Shown here: one piece after another, positions 35,681-45,195 of the stretch
How the letters are laid out: the number at the start of each line of letters is the position of its first letter
How positions within the stretch are numbered: the stretch's first letter is position 1
IMG/VR virus record: IMGVR_UViG_3300029448_004877
Span: 7,862-71,861 of that record
DNA length: 64,000 nucleotides
Reading direction: 5' to 3' (one strand)
Source of the DNA: a virus
Made by a program: the position numbers and the translations under genes
Notes under the pieces: generated by a model
Seen by the model: only the letters and a program-made list of their open reading frames with translations
The model's database searches: none
Told to the model about the DNA's origin: nothing

Positions 35681-35968
35681 TTAAGAAGCGGGAACTTCTG
35701 CTTCAGACGGAACTGGTGCTTCTGCATCAGCAGGCGGAACAGGTGCTTCGCCAGGTAGATTCACATCTTGACCTTGCTCTTTTGCATGTTCCAAAAATGC
35801 CATGAAACGTTGACGCACTGTGCCAACTGGCAGTAACTCTTCACCACGAAGGGCACCACGTGCAGTCGCAACGTCAATGATTTGAACTGCGGCTGAGATG
35901 TCATTCAGTGAGAGACCAGGAGCTTGTTCCTGCTCTTGGGTTTCGGGGGCTTGGTTTTCTTCTGTCAT
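35681..35968 (-). CDS. Conserved hypothetical protein
   Basis: LSLNDI..IIDVATARGA.RGEEL..VG..R pattern; AGGAG RBS. Confidence 0.75.
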   Translation of the reverse strand: MTEENQAPETQEQEQAPGLSLNDISAAVQIIDVATARGALRGEELLPVGTVRQRFMAFLEHAKEQGQDVNLPGEAPVPPADAEAPVPSEAEVPAS

Positions 35969-35992
35969 AATAGTCTCCTATAACTAAGTTTA

Positions 35993-36643
35993 TTAACGAG
36001 TTTCGATTGCAACCCAATATTGAACCTTACTCGACTTAAAGTGTGCCATACCTTTAGAAGATAATGTAACTTCATAGTCAGCAGGTACCAATTTCAAGTT
36101 GTCAGTCTTAATGATCATATTAAATGGATCTGTACTGACACCTTCAGCAACAACGGTATTATAATTATCTGCCGTTGATGTTTTACTGTCGACCGCTGAC
36201 ATAGTAATGGTACTACCATCGCCAATGAAAGCAATCTCTGGCAATTGAAGAACGCCTGCCGCTTGGCGGACACTTTCAATATCTTGCCACTTAATATTGA
36301 CAGATACTTCAGGATCGGGAACGACAATGTCCTTCTCGGGTGGAGTAACCATCAATGATTCTGATGTGTATGTATAGCGAAGTTCACTTCTACCGCCTTT
36401 AATGGTAAAACGATCTTCACCAAACACCACATCTGGATTTTCAAACAATGATAGAGTGCTGAGAAAACGAGACAGGTCATAAACACCTGCTTGAGTTTCA
36501 ACAGTCTCATCGATTGTTGCCGCAGCCATTACAGTTTTTTGCGGGGATATTGTTCGAACTACTGAACCTGGCTTGAAAACAATGCTAGGGTTGATAGTCG
36601 AAAAGTTTTTTAGAACACTTAATGTTTCTGAACTAAATTTCAT
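35993..36643 (-). CDS. gp45: Sliding clamp (gp45)
   Basis: MKFSSETLSVLKNFSTINPSI, GVYDLSRFL, YWVAIE. Confidence 0.95.
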   Translation of the reverse strand: MKFSSETLSVLKNFSTINPSIVFKPGSVVRTISPQKTVMAAATIDETVETQAGVYDLSRFLSTLSLFENPDVVFGEDRFTIKGGRSELRYTYTSESLMVTPPEKDIVVPDPEVSVNIKWQDIESVRQAAGVLQLPEIAFIGDGSTITMSAVDSKTSTADNYNTVVAEGVSTDPFNMIIKTDNLKLVPADYEVTLSSKGMAHFKSSKVQYWVAIETR

Positions 36644-36722
36644 ATTTTATTCACCTTTCTTAATAGTTTAATAATCACGTTCTGCTTTTTATTTATATCA
36701 GAACAGCCAAGAGTTTTCATAT

Positions 36723-37169
36723 TTAATCCATATTTCTCCTATATTTTGCTAAATCTTCAGACCGTTCCATTTGAACTCTGATCCACTTTGCACAATCTTT
36801 TGCACTAAAGGCTTCTTCATCTGGTGCAGGCATTCTATCGTCTTCACCAATACCACGAATAAAAGAACTCGACAGCATCAATGCGCCAGCCATGATCATA
36901 CAAACGTGCGGTAAACCAGAGCCTGTAGGACCATCATCATAATCTTTCCTGCGCTCAAAATCATCAATATGTCGTTTAAGACTATCAATCATTTGTTGCC
37001 AGGGAAGTCCCTTTTCCCAGTTTCTATCTGCATACTTTGTTGCCCCATACTCAAGGGCAGCCGCACCGGCGGCAAGTCCTTCAAGAGGGAGTTGTCTGAA
37101 GTATGGCACACCAATACATTCACGTAAAGCGCCGCTTTCGGCTGCGGCAAATTCCTGTTTTTCACTCAT
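36723..37169 (-). CDS. dATP/dGTP diphosphohydrolase-like (DUF5664)
   Basis: SGALR, YGATKYADRNWEKGLP, SLKRHI, SGLPH. Confidence 0.8.
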   Translation of the reverse strand: MSEKQEFAAAESGALRECIGVPYFRQLPLEGLAAGAAALEYGATKYADRNWEKGLPWQQMIDSLKRHIDDFERRKDYDDGPTGSGLPHVCMIMAGALMLSSSFIRGIGEDDRMPAPDEEAFSAKDCAKWIRVQMERSEDLAKYRRNMD

Positions 37170-37801
37170 CGTCTAGTTTGCTCCAAGTCATTTTCGGCTC
37201 TGTATATAGCCTGTAATCTTAAAACGTCTGCGGCAACATCATGTTTACTATCATGGGCTACAAACGCTTCTTCCCAATATTTTTCATCAGCAAGAGGTAC
37301 GAAACCACTGCGTGTTGAAAAATCAAATTTAGCATCAATAAAAGTTCTTACATCTCTTACTTTCCAGAACTTTAAATACTCATTCATCAATTTACTTTTA
37401 CCTTGTGACTCTAAAAGTCTAAACAAAATCACTGGATCAAAAGAATTACCTCTAGACCACCAATAGCCTATGTCTGAATTGTTTCTTAAGTATTCTAGTA
37501 TAGTATCACAAAAATCTACCACTGTCAAGTCATTTGCATTGGGCTTGATATTATCACGTGCTTCTTTAGGAAGACTTTCCCACCAATGTATATCTGCCTT
37601 AGTGAAACTACAATTATAATTATTCATTTGGTCGGTAATCGACAATTTAACCGTTTGAACTTCACCAACTATCTCTTCGAAAGTGTATGGATCTTCTACA
37701 AACCTGCTCCAATCAAAACAAGCATATGCCATATCCACCACAGGGCAAACAAGAACGTTTGCCCCAATAGTTTCCATGTCAAATATAAAATTTTTGCTCA
37801 T
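37166..37801 (-). CDS. dexA: DEDDh 3'-5' exonuclease (T4 DexA-like)
   Basis: IFDMET, WSRGNSFD, FWKVRDVRT, HDSKHDVAAD. Confidence 0.85.
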   Translation of the reverse strand: MSKNFIFDMETIGANVLVCPVVDMAYACFDWSRFVEDPYTFEEIVGEVQTVKLSITDQMNNYNCSFTKADIHWWESLPKEARDNIKPNANDLTVVDFCDTILEYLRNNSDIGYWWSRGNSFDPVILFRLLESQGKSKLMNEYLKFWKVRDVRTFIDAKFDFSTRSGFVPLADEKYWEEAFVAHDSKHDVAADVLRLQAIYRAENDLEQTRR

Positions 37802-38106
37802 TAAATTTCCTCAAATCCGAAAGCGGCAACTGTGTATTTTTTATTGCCAATCAGCATTTGGTCACCCATCGAAGTAGATCGAAGACCCATGCCACCTTTA
37901 CCTAGAGAAGCCATCAAAGTTACGTTTGGATTGTAGTCACCGTTATCTTCAATATCAGTTCGACTCCAAGAGCCCATCACGTTATTAGTCCAACGATAAG
38001 CATACTCTAGAGCATCATCAGTTGACTGAACGTCTTCAGGAATGTTTACAAAAGCAACTGTACGTGGACTTTCTTCGAAGGCTGTATGAATTACTGCAAC
38101 TTGCAT
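37801..38106 (-). CDS. Hypothetical early protein
   Basis: ALEYAYRWTNN..GSWS, GLRSTSMGD; own promoter; start MQVAV. Confidence 0.7.
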   Translation of the reverse strand: MQVAVIHTAFEESPRTVAFVNIPEDVQSTDDALEYAYRWTNNVMGSWSRTDIEDNGDYNPNVTLMASLGKGGMGLRSTSMGDQMLIGNKKYTVAAFGFEEI

Positions 38107-38136
38107 AATATAATCTCTCTCATTGTTTACTTGAAC

Positions 38137-38170
38137 AGTATACAAGGAGTTGACACGAATGTCAACCCCT
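38137..38170 (-). promoter_or_regulatory. Early promoter with stem-loop over -35
   Basis: TTGACA-17nt-TATACT; GTTGACA-TTCG-TGTCAAC hairpin. Confidence 0.75.
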
Positions 38171-38181
38171 AATTTCACTTT

Positions 38182-38550
38182 TTACGAAATTAATTCGTAA
38201 GGCTGGTTCCACTTACCAACGTTGATGTCAGTGTAGTGTGATCTATGGAAATAGTCAGTCATTGCATCATCGTTGTTGAAGTAGTTAGGACCTTTCATTG
38301 CCGCTAACAGCTTGTTAAGGAACTCCTTAGCAACACCTTCGTAATGCTCATCAATCCAGTACTCATTGACTTGGATGTAACGATCACCGTGAGTGTAGTT
38401 TCCAGAGAAGTCGATCTCACCTGCTTTGATATTTACACAAAGAGTTGAGTGGTTATTGACAGAAATACTGCCCTTCATACCGAACTCTTTAAGGACTGCT
38501 TTGATAGCAGGAGCAAGTGATTTCTTCATTTCTTGTGATACGTAAGCCAT
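38182..38550 (-). CDS. Conserved hypothetical early protein
   Basis: MAYVSQEMKKSLAPAIKAVLK, DAMTDYFH, GKWNQPY. Confidence 0.75.
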   Translation of the reverse strand: MAYVSQEMKKSLAPAIKAVLKEFGMKGSISVNNHSTLCVNIKAGEIDFSGNYTHGDRYIQVNEYWIDEHYEGVAKEFLNKLLAAMKGPNYFNNDDAMTDYFHRSHYTDINVGKWNQPYELIS

Positions 38551-38583
38551 GATGTTTTCTCCGTTTCTCTTGATTACAGTACT

Positions 38584-38611
38584 ATAATAACAGGTCTGAC
38601 CATAATGTCAA
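38584..38611 (-). promoter_or_regulatory. Early promoter
   Basis: TTGACA-16nt-TATTAT with TG extension; upstream A/T tracts. Confidence 0.6.
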
Positions 38612-38638
38612 CCATTTTTTTCAAGAAAAATGAATTTT

Positions 38639-40177
38639 TTATGCGTTTTTCCAATCAAAATCTTTAACTAGTTCCATGCCGTAGTTGTTGGTGCCAGTAG
38701 GCATATCAAATCCGTCTTTGAATCTAAGCTTGTTCACTTTGAATGGTCCATAGTCCACAAAGTGATGCCATCTGCCATATCTCCAGACAAGTCTTGCCAC
38801 GTCTGGGTGCATGTCAACTAACATTTGTGACTTATTCACAGTACCTTCAGTATTGTATCCAGTTTCTTTGAACTCTTCATTTTCGGTATTCTCTGCGTGA
38901 TAAAATTCAGCAGTATTACCACCACTTACAGTTTGAGTAGCGGCTTTACCTTGCATAAACGCATTAAACTGAAGACACACATCACCATCCTTCATCACTC
39001 GTAGACAGATATCAGTATCTTCGTTATATCTACCACGCCACCTATGCTTACAATCATTCCGAATAAGTAAAGTAGAATATATACGTGTGTTGGCAACGTA
39101 AGCAGGATATTTTTGATTCGGGTCAATAAAGAACCGATATTGTGGACCAGCAATGTAAACATTATCATACCTTTCTACAAAATCTTCCATCACTTGAAAG
39201 CCTACACCACTCTCAAATCGAATGCGCTCATTATTATGAAGTCTGTAGAAATCCGAGATATTGTCATCCAATACCCAATGACTAGTAGCGCCAATACTGA
39301 TCGAATGATCCCATGCCCAGTTTCTAGCACGACCAGGACCATCACCGTGATTTGAGAATGGAGCAACTAGTAGTGTTACGTAATCTCGAATGTTAAAAGT
39401 ATCAAGTGCCTTATCGTAACTGTCGAGGTCTTGAGGCTCAATCACAATGTAATGTGGTATTTGCATACGAGACAGCGATCTGGAAGTAAACATTGAATCA
39501 GCACGACCCTTAGATACAATGTACATAGGGTGTTCTGGCAAAGTTCTGCCTTCTGGCTGAATCCAGCGCAACAGCAAGTTCTTAGTAATATGCTGTTCTG
39601 GATGCCAAATGCTCTTGGTCTTTTCTGTCACCTCTTGACCAATCTTTTGAGAAAACTCTTTATAGTCCGCTTCACTTCTGAAGTTTAATGTGATTGCTCT
39701 GAATTTAATCTTGTCTTCTTGAGCATATTCTGGCATACCAATCCAGTGCTTTTTCCAGTTCGATTCATATTCTGACTCAACTGTCTTTACTTTACTAAAA
39801 CCAGGTCCATTATATTCAGGAACAAGTAGATTAGGATCGACTGTGATAAGATCCTCTTCTATATCTTTGAATAAAGACATCGCACGATTTTCTAGAGGAT
39901 AATATGTCTCTTTGACATATCCAGGTATCATCTGATTGATCTTTGTGCAGAAGTCTACCATATCATCCTGAGTTCTGAAGTGAACATAGATAGATTTCCA
40001 GATATCGCTCTGTACAACCTTCTTTACTCTGGTGGCATCTACTAGCTTATCTTGCATAGGCTCGTCAAAGAATTTATCTAGACTTACGCTATAAGTGTCA
40101 TTTTTACGTGCCTCATCATTCATGTAATTATCGTACTCGGCACTCTCTTCGATAATTGGTTTACTATTATTTGTCAT
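38639..40177 (-). CDS. TET-associated / GREB1-like glycosyltransferase with duplicated N-terminal module
   Basis: PMYIVSKGR, YIVIEPQD, ARNWAWDHS, HWVLDDNI, NTRIYS, WRGRYNEDTD, GGNT, RWHH. Confidence 0.8.
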   Translation of the reverse strand: MTNNSKPIIEESAEYDNYMNDEARKNDTYSVSLDKFFDEPMQDKLVDATRVKKVVQSDIWKSIYVHFRTQDDMVDFCTKINQMIPGYVKETYYPLENRAMSLFKDIEEDLITVDPNLLVPEYNGPGFSKVKTVESEYESNWKKHWIGMPEYAQEDKIKFRAITLNFRSEADYKEFSQKIGQEVTEKTKSIWHPEQHITKNLLLRWIQPEGRTLPEHPMYIVSKGRADSMFTSRSLSRMQIPHYIVIEPQDLDSYDKALDTFNIRDYVTLLVAPFSNHGDGPGRARNWAWDHSISIGATSHWVLDDNISDFYRLHNNERIRFESGVGFQVMEDFVERYDNVYIAGPQYRFFIDPNQKYPAYVANTRIYSTLLIRNDCKHRWRGRYNEDTDICLRVMKDGDVCLQFNAFMQGKAATQTVSGGNTAEFYHAENTENEEFKETGYNTEGTVNKSQMLVDMHPDVARLVWRYGRWHHFVDYGPFKVNKLRFKDGFDMPTGTNNYGMELVKDFDWKNA

Positions 40178-41256
40178 ACAAAAAACTCCGTTAAATCTGA
40201 ACGAGACTTATTCTTATCACTATAACGCATATCGATCAGTTTGTCAATACAAGATTTCCAATTAGAAAGACTGTGCTTTTCTTTGGTCATCTCTGCAATC
40301 TCATCTCTACGGTCTTTCATCACATTAGCGAATTCTCGTACACTTGTTTCAAACTCTACACTTGAACAAGTACGCTTTACTTTAAAGATGTGAGAGGAAT
40401 CTGCCGCAACTCTTTCGCTTGCGTGATTACCTGTATCATCTACAAATAGAATAGTTGGCACACCACAGCCTAATGCTTCCATTGCTGTTATGCCCCAAGA
40501 TTCCTTTGGCCAAGTTGAGCAAAATACCTGAGACTTTGATATATTCTCAATTACTTCTTTATGAGGTAATCCTCTCATCGTATGTCTAGGTGCTTTCCAA
40601 TGCTGATTTGCTTGTACGTATTCGTTCACAGTGTCACTCTTGTAAATCCCATCATTAGTCATTACAAGACTATTTAGGACAGATTTTTCCAGCTTCTTAT
40701 GAATTAGAAAAGGTGCTTTTTCGTTATCACATCTACCGACTGTGGATACGTTATATTCGTGGGTAGTCGAAAACGGTACGTCTGAAGGTAAAAACGAAGA
40801 GTCAATATATCCCTTGATTGCACCAAAGTCAACTTGACGAATTCTCATAGCCATGTTTTTGTGGTAGTTGTACTGGTGAGGACTTACAAAGTAAATATGG
40901 CAACCATTTTCATTTAGCTCTTTCAGGATACTGCCCAGTTCTACCATGCGTATGTCACGTACAAGTGGCTCATGCATAATACAAACTAAAGGAATATTAA
41001 ACGACATCATCATCTTTCCCCACCAGGGATTGTTGAATAAGATCATATCTGGATCGTGTTGTGCAATTGCATCCATTATGACTTTGCGTGTATGTCGATT
41101 GTCCTTGTCCTCTTTAGTAATACACACTGGAATAATACCATCAATATTATCTTCTAAGTCTTTGCAGAACTTCTCAATGCCGCCGGTGATGACGGGGCCT
41201 TTGTTGCTGGCATCTAAGACTTGAAAGTGTGTAGAATACGGAACAAGTATCTTCAT
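40174..41256 (-). CDS. GT-B (GT4-like) glycosyltransferase
   Basis: GGIEKF, VGR...K, ESWGITAMEALGCGVP; C-terminal DLTEFF. Confidence 0.85.
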   Translation of the reverse strand: MKILVPYSTHFQVLDASNKGPVITGGIEKFCKDLEDNIDGIIPVCITKEDKDNRHTRKVIMDAIAQHDPDMILFNNPWWGKMMMSFNIPLVCIMHEPLVRDIRMVELGSILKELNENGCHIYFVSPHQYNYHKNMAMRIRQVDFGAIKGYIDSSFLPSDVPFSTTHEYNVSTVGRCDNEKAPFLIHKKLEKSVLNSLVMTNDGIYKSDTVNEYVQANQHWKAPRHTMRGLPHKEVIENISKSQVFCSTWPKESWGITAMEALGCGVPTILFVDDTGNHASERVAADSSHIFKVKRTCSSVEFETSVREFANVMKDRRDEIAEMTKEKHSLSNWKSCIDKLIDMRYSDKNKSRSDLTEFFV

Positions 41257-41711
41257 TTATTTTTATTCACAAAATCTGATTCACCCCAAACAACGCTCTG
41301 GCGAAGATTACTAGATGAAAATCTGTGATCCCTATTGTTGAAATATAATTCGATATTAAGTCTATCACAAACATCCCTGCCTGTAAAGTCTTTATCTTTA
41401 TATTCTTCACCTAAAATACGAACGTCTATATGATATAACTCCAATATATCTTTCAGGTCTGATTCTGTAGAGTACACTAATATCTCATCCACATATTTAA
41501 TTGCAGATAGTTGGGTGTAACGCTCAACAATAGATTGAATAGGAGAGTTCTTTTCTGGTCTATCCACAGCAGGATCGATTTGCAGACCACATATCAAGTA
41601 ATCACATTGCTCTTTTGCTTCACGCAACATCATCACATGTCCAGCATGTAACAGATCAAATGTACTGGCAGTAAATCCAACTCTTTTTACTTTCTTTATC
41701 ATATAATTCAC
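41253..41711 (-). CDS. Cytidylyltransferase, TagD (glycerol-3-phosphate)-like
   Basis: TFDLLHAGH, LICGL, YVDEI, RDHRFSSS. Confidence 0.88.
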   Translation of the reverse strand: MNYMIKKVKRVGFTASTFDLLHAGHVMMLREAKEQCDYLICGLQIDPAVDRPEKNSPIQSIVERYTQLSAIKYVDEILVYSTESDLKDILELYHIDVRILGEEYKDKDFTGRDVCDRLNIELYFNNRDHRFSSSNLRQSVVWGESDFVNKNK

Positions 41712-41716
41712 CTTAT

Positions 41717-43429
41717 TTAAGTTGTTGCAATTCTACTAAAGTTCTTAACTTTTTCAAATTTGATTACGCTATCGAACTTGTCGAATAGTTGATCACCTTT
41801 GTGACTGATAATAAAGATATTAGAATCAGCACTTAACTCTTCAATGATCTTAAGAAACTCCTCTGTTCCTGCACTGTCTAATGAAGAATCCATAATCTCA
41901 TCCATAATCAATAAGTTAGTGGACACAGAGTTACGTAGCTTAGATACGGCTCTCCATGTGAATAGAAGTGCGAGGTCAATTCTTAACTTCTCACCCTCTG
42001 AGAAAGAAGAATATGAAAATTCGTCTCGAAAACGAGACTTGATAGTTTCGTTAAAGTTTTCGTCTAATTCAAACTGAACAAAGAAGTCCATCGCTGATAG
42101 ATACTTGTTGATCAATTTGTTCATCACAGGCACATACTGTTTAATAATCCGAGTCTTAATGCCGCCATCTTTCAACATAGATGCAACCACTGATAGTATT
42201 TCTTTATGATCAAAGAGTTCACTCTGACTTGCATGATAATCAACGAGTTCGGATTCTAGCTTCTTGATATCAGAGGTATCAATCTCTTCTACTTCTTGCT
42301 GTGCTCCATCGAGTTCTTTTTTGATAGACTTACAAGTGTTCATACCAATCTTATAGTTTGCTCTATGCTCACTTATAGAAATGTTCTTTTCTGATATTTG
42401 ATCTTCAACTAGGTCGATAGCGTATAAACGTTCATCGACAACTACACTCTTATGTCCAATCTCTTTTTTTGCTGTTTCGATTTCTGTTGCTGTTGATCTT
42501 GAGGACTTGATTGTTTCTTCTTTAAATTCGTGGTCGATCCCTTGCTTACAGGTTGGACAGTTGTCGTGGTTTTGGTAGAAGTCAACGTCTTTACGTAACT
42601 TGTTAAGCCTGGATGTAAGATCATGATTCAACTCCTGAAACTCTGCTAACTTCTTTTTCTGCTCGGCTTTGTCGCCGATACTGTTATTTAATACTTCGAT
42701 CTCATCTAATAGAACGTCCATCTTTGCCTGCTCATCTTCAACAAACGCAACTTGCTCTTTTAGTTTATCTTTTAGTTTACCTACTTCAGTCTCTTTAATT
42801 TTTCGAATGGACTCATTATGTGACTTAGCACTATCGATTTTGTTCTCAAGTAGATCAATCTGATATTTAATATCAGTTATCTCACTCTTGTTATCTGCCA
42901 GTCTTTCTTTTAGAAGAGTATTCATCGTAGTAAAGATTTGAATATCCAAAAGGTCTTCAATAATGTCTCTGCGTTCACCAGTCTTCAACTGCATAAATGG
43001 CACAAAAGTAGAACTGCCTAGAACAACGACTTGACCAAAAGACTTGTAGTTGAGTTTTAAAATAGTCTCTTCTAGATAAGTCTGGTAGTCACGGGCAGCC
43101 GCATCTTGGTTTAATAGTTCGCCATTCTTCCACACTTCGAATATGCCTGGCTTGATGCCACGCTTAATAACGTAACTGTTACCACTTATGCTGAAGTATG
43201 CTTCTACTAATAACTCTTTATTATTAACGCTATTAAGTAGTTGGTACTTATTAATTTTTCTAAACGGCTTGCCATACAAAGCAAAGGTCAATGCATCAAG
43301 CATAGTTGACTTACCAGCTCCGTTGTCACCAACTATAAGCGTAGACTTGCTTTGGTTTAAAAAAACTTCTGTAAAAGTATTACCAGTACTTAAGATGTTT
43401 TTATAACGAACCTTTTCAAATAGTATCAT
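41717..43429 (-). CDS. gp46: Recombination exonuclease subunit, Rad50-like (gp46)
   Basis: GDNGAGKST, CPTC hook, SFSEGEK, LLIMDE, IISH. Confidence 0.96.
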   Translation of the reverse strand: MILFEKVRYKNILSTGNTFTEVFLNQSKSTLIVGDNGAGKSTMLDALTFALYGKPFRKINKYQLLNSVNNKELLVEAYFSISGNSYVIKRGIKPGIFEVWKNGELLNQDAAARDYQTYLEETILKLNYKSFGQVVVLGSSTFVPFMQLKTGERRDIIEDLLDIQIFTTMNTLLKERLADNKSEITDIKYQIDLLENKIDSAKSHNESIRKIKETEVGKLKDKLKEQVAFVEDEQAKMDVLLDEIEVLNNSIGDKAEQKKKLAEFQELNHDLTSRLNKLRKDVDFYQNHDNCPTCKQGIDHEFKEETIKSSRSTATEIETAKKEIGHKSVVVDERLYAIDLVEDQISEKNISISEHRANYKIGMNTCKSIKKELDGAQQEVEEIDTSDIKKLESELVDYHASQSELFDHKEILSVVASMLKDGGIKTRIIKQYVPVMNKLINKYLSAMDFFVQFELDENFNETIKSRFRDEFSYSSFSEGEKLRIDLALLFTWRAVSKLRNSVSTNLLIMDEIMDSSLDSAGTEEFLKIIEELSADSNIFIISHKGDQLFDKFDSVIKFEKVKNFSRIATT

Positions 43430-44493
43430 AGATTAATAGCCTCATTGTGCAACTCTTGCAGAACTTTTTCGATCTTAGTCTTGTCAGTAGAAATCTCTAA
43501 ATTCTGAACATATTGTTTCAGAATAGTCAATGTATCCTGTGCTTCGTCAACAAGTTCACTCTCATCAATTACATCTAAGTTCATATGATCTTCGACAACC
43601 TTGATATCACAAGGTAAGGCTGCCTGTAGTCTATCTAAGAACAAGTCAAAGATATACGGGTTAGTCTTGTTTCTGACAATAACCTTTATAAAAGTATCCT
43701 TTAGTTGGGTAGTGTCTAGGTTTGCAATGTCTTCGATTGTCATATCAGCATCATCGTACATAATCTTATGAAACAGACTATATGGATTACGGATATATTC
43801 CATGCTACGTGAATCAGTATCAAACACACTAAAGCCACGCTTTTGATCATGATCAGACCAAGTCATCTCATACTGAGCGCCCAAATAAGATATATTGCCA
43901 ATAGAAGATGGCTGATGAAAGTGACCAGAGTAGACTGAATCAAACTTAGCAAACGTACTACGATCCATACCATCAGAGCATAAATGACCTTTGTCCATCT
44001 CGTAACCAGTAATCTCAAAGTGACCCATGAGTACTTGTGCTTTGGTATCAGCCATGGCTTTCATGGACTCTTCCCAATTCTCAGCACACATCCAAGGAGC
44101 AAGCATGATGTTACATCCATCCATGTTTAATTCTACAGGTCTTTCCCAATACAAATGCAAGTTACCATGACTAGTATTGCCGTACAACTGTTTAAGACTG
44201 TTCACTTCATTAGTATTTTTAAAGTAAGTATCATGGTTACCGGCAATCATATAAAGTTCGATACCTTCATCTGCACACACCCTCATGAAATGATCTTCAA
44301 GATTCTTAGCAGTCACGAAATTGATATACTTGCGCCGGTCTGTAACATCGCCTAAGTGAAAAATAGTTTTGATGTTATTTTCACGTAGATGTGGAAAGAA
44401 AACTTCCCTATAGAATTTTATTTGATGTTCAGCAATGGCACTATTATCATTTCTTGCACCCCAGTGTGTATCGTTTAGGATAGCAATCTTCAT
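43426..44493 (-). CDS. gp47: Recombination endonuclease subunit, Mre11-like (gp47)
   Basis: DTHWG, LGD..DRRK, GNHD, GHFE, SGHFH. Confidence 0.96.
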   Translation of the reverse strand: MKIAILNDTHWGARNDNSAIAEHQIKFYREVFFPHLRENNIKTIFHLGDVTDRRKYINFVTAKNLEDHFMRVCADEGIELYMIAGNHDTYFKNTNEVNSLKQLYGNTSHGNLHLYWERPVELNMDGCNIMLAPWMCAENWEESMKAMADTKAQVLMGHFEITGYEMDKGHLCSDGMDRSTFAKFDSVYSGHFHQPSSIGNISYLGAQYEMTWSDHDQKRGFSVFDTDSRSMEYIRNPYSLFHKIMYDDADMTIEDIANLDTTQLKDTFIKVIVRNKTNPYIFDLFLDRLQAALPCDIKVVEDHMNLDVIDESELVDEAQDTLTILKQYVQNLEISTDKTKIEKVLQELHNEAINL

Positions 44494-45056
44494 TCTTTCT
44501 CCTTCTCATTATCAATAAACTTCTCTAAGCCCTTCTTAGACTTGATCTGTGCCTTTTTCTTATCGTCTATTTTCTTTTCATATCCACGAACAAAATCACT
44601 CATGTACTCATTATTCAAATCAATGTAAGCTGGTTCACCACTAGTGTCAACAGTACCTTCTGCACGATCAACAGCAGTTCCTGTCATAACTGAGTTTTCT
44701 GTTACCTTGTGTTTGATATATAGTTGCTTCTTCTCTTTTTCAATTCTCCGAAGAAATGCGTACCATATAATCTGAGTAAAGTAAGCAAACGGATTATGAG
44801 ACTTGTTAGGATCAAAGTTACCCAGTGCTTGAATAGCGTTCTCAAGTCCATCGCTTATCATCTCATCTTTATAAGAGTAGCCAGAAAAGTTTGGTTTAGA
44901 TGCAAGCCTAGTTGATATCTGATAGATACATTGGCCTATATAGTTAGGTATCTGTGGTCTCTTATCTCCCGAATCTTCTGCTTCATTGCATAGCTTTTTA
45001 TATGCTATGATAGCTTCCAGAAACTCTGGATTGTTAACGTAATTTCTTTTTGCCAT
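44490..45056 (-). CDS. gp55: Late sigma factor (gp55)
   Basis: NYVNN, KPNFSGYSYKDEMISDG, NPFAYFTQI..AFLRRI.KEKKQ. Confidence 0.96.
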   Translation of the reverse strand: MAKRNYVNNPEFLEAIIAYKKLCNEAEDSGDKRPQIPNYIGQCIYQISTRLASKPNFSGYSYKDEMISDGLENAIQALGNFDPNKSHNPFAYFTQIIWYAFLRRIEKEKKQLYIKHKVTENSVMTGTAVDRAEGTVDTSGEPAYIDLNNEYMSDFVRGYEKKIDDKKKAQIKSKKGLEKFIDNEKEKE

Positions 45057-45081
45057 GCATTTTCACTCCTTATTGTGTACA

Positions 45082-45110
45082 AGTATAACCTATCACTCAC
45101 TGTTTGTCAA
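45082..45110 (-). promoter_or_regulatory. Early promoter for the gp55 operon
   Basis: TTGACA-17nt-TATACT. Confidence 0.75.
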
Positions 45111-45144
45111 GTAAAATTTTATTTAAAAATAACTTAAAAAAGAC

Positions 45145-45172
45145 TTGACATGGCTAGAAAATCGTGTATAAT
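45145..45172 (+). promoter_or_regulatory. Divergent consensus sigma70 promoter on + strand
   Basis: TTGACA-16nt-TATAAT with upstream A-tracts; no + strand ORF downstream. Confidence 0.6.
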
Positions 45173-45195
45173 AGAGTTATACGATTATTAAAACA

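Noticed and set aside
36723-37169. 2-aminoadenine (Z) genome inferred from DUF5664
   Set aside because: No purZ in the window and the domain is widespread; not supportable here
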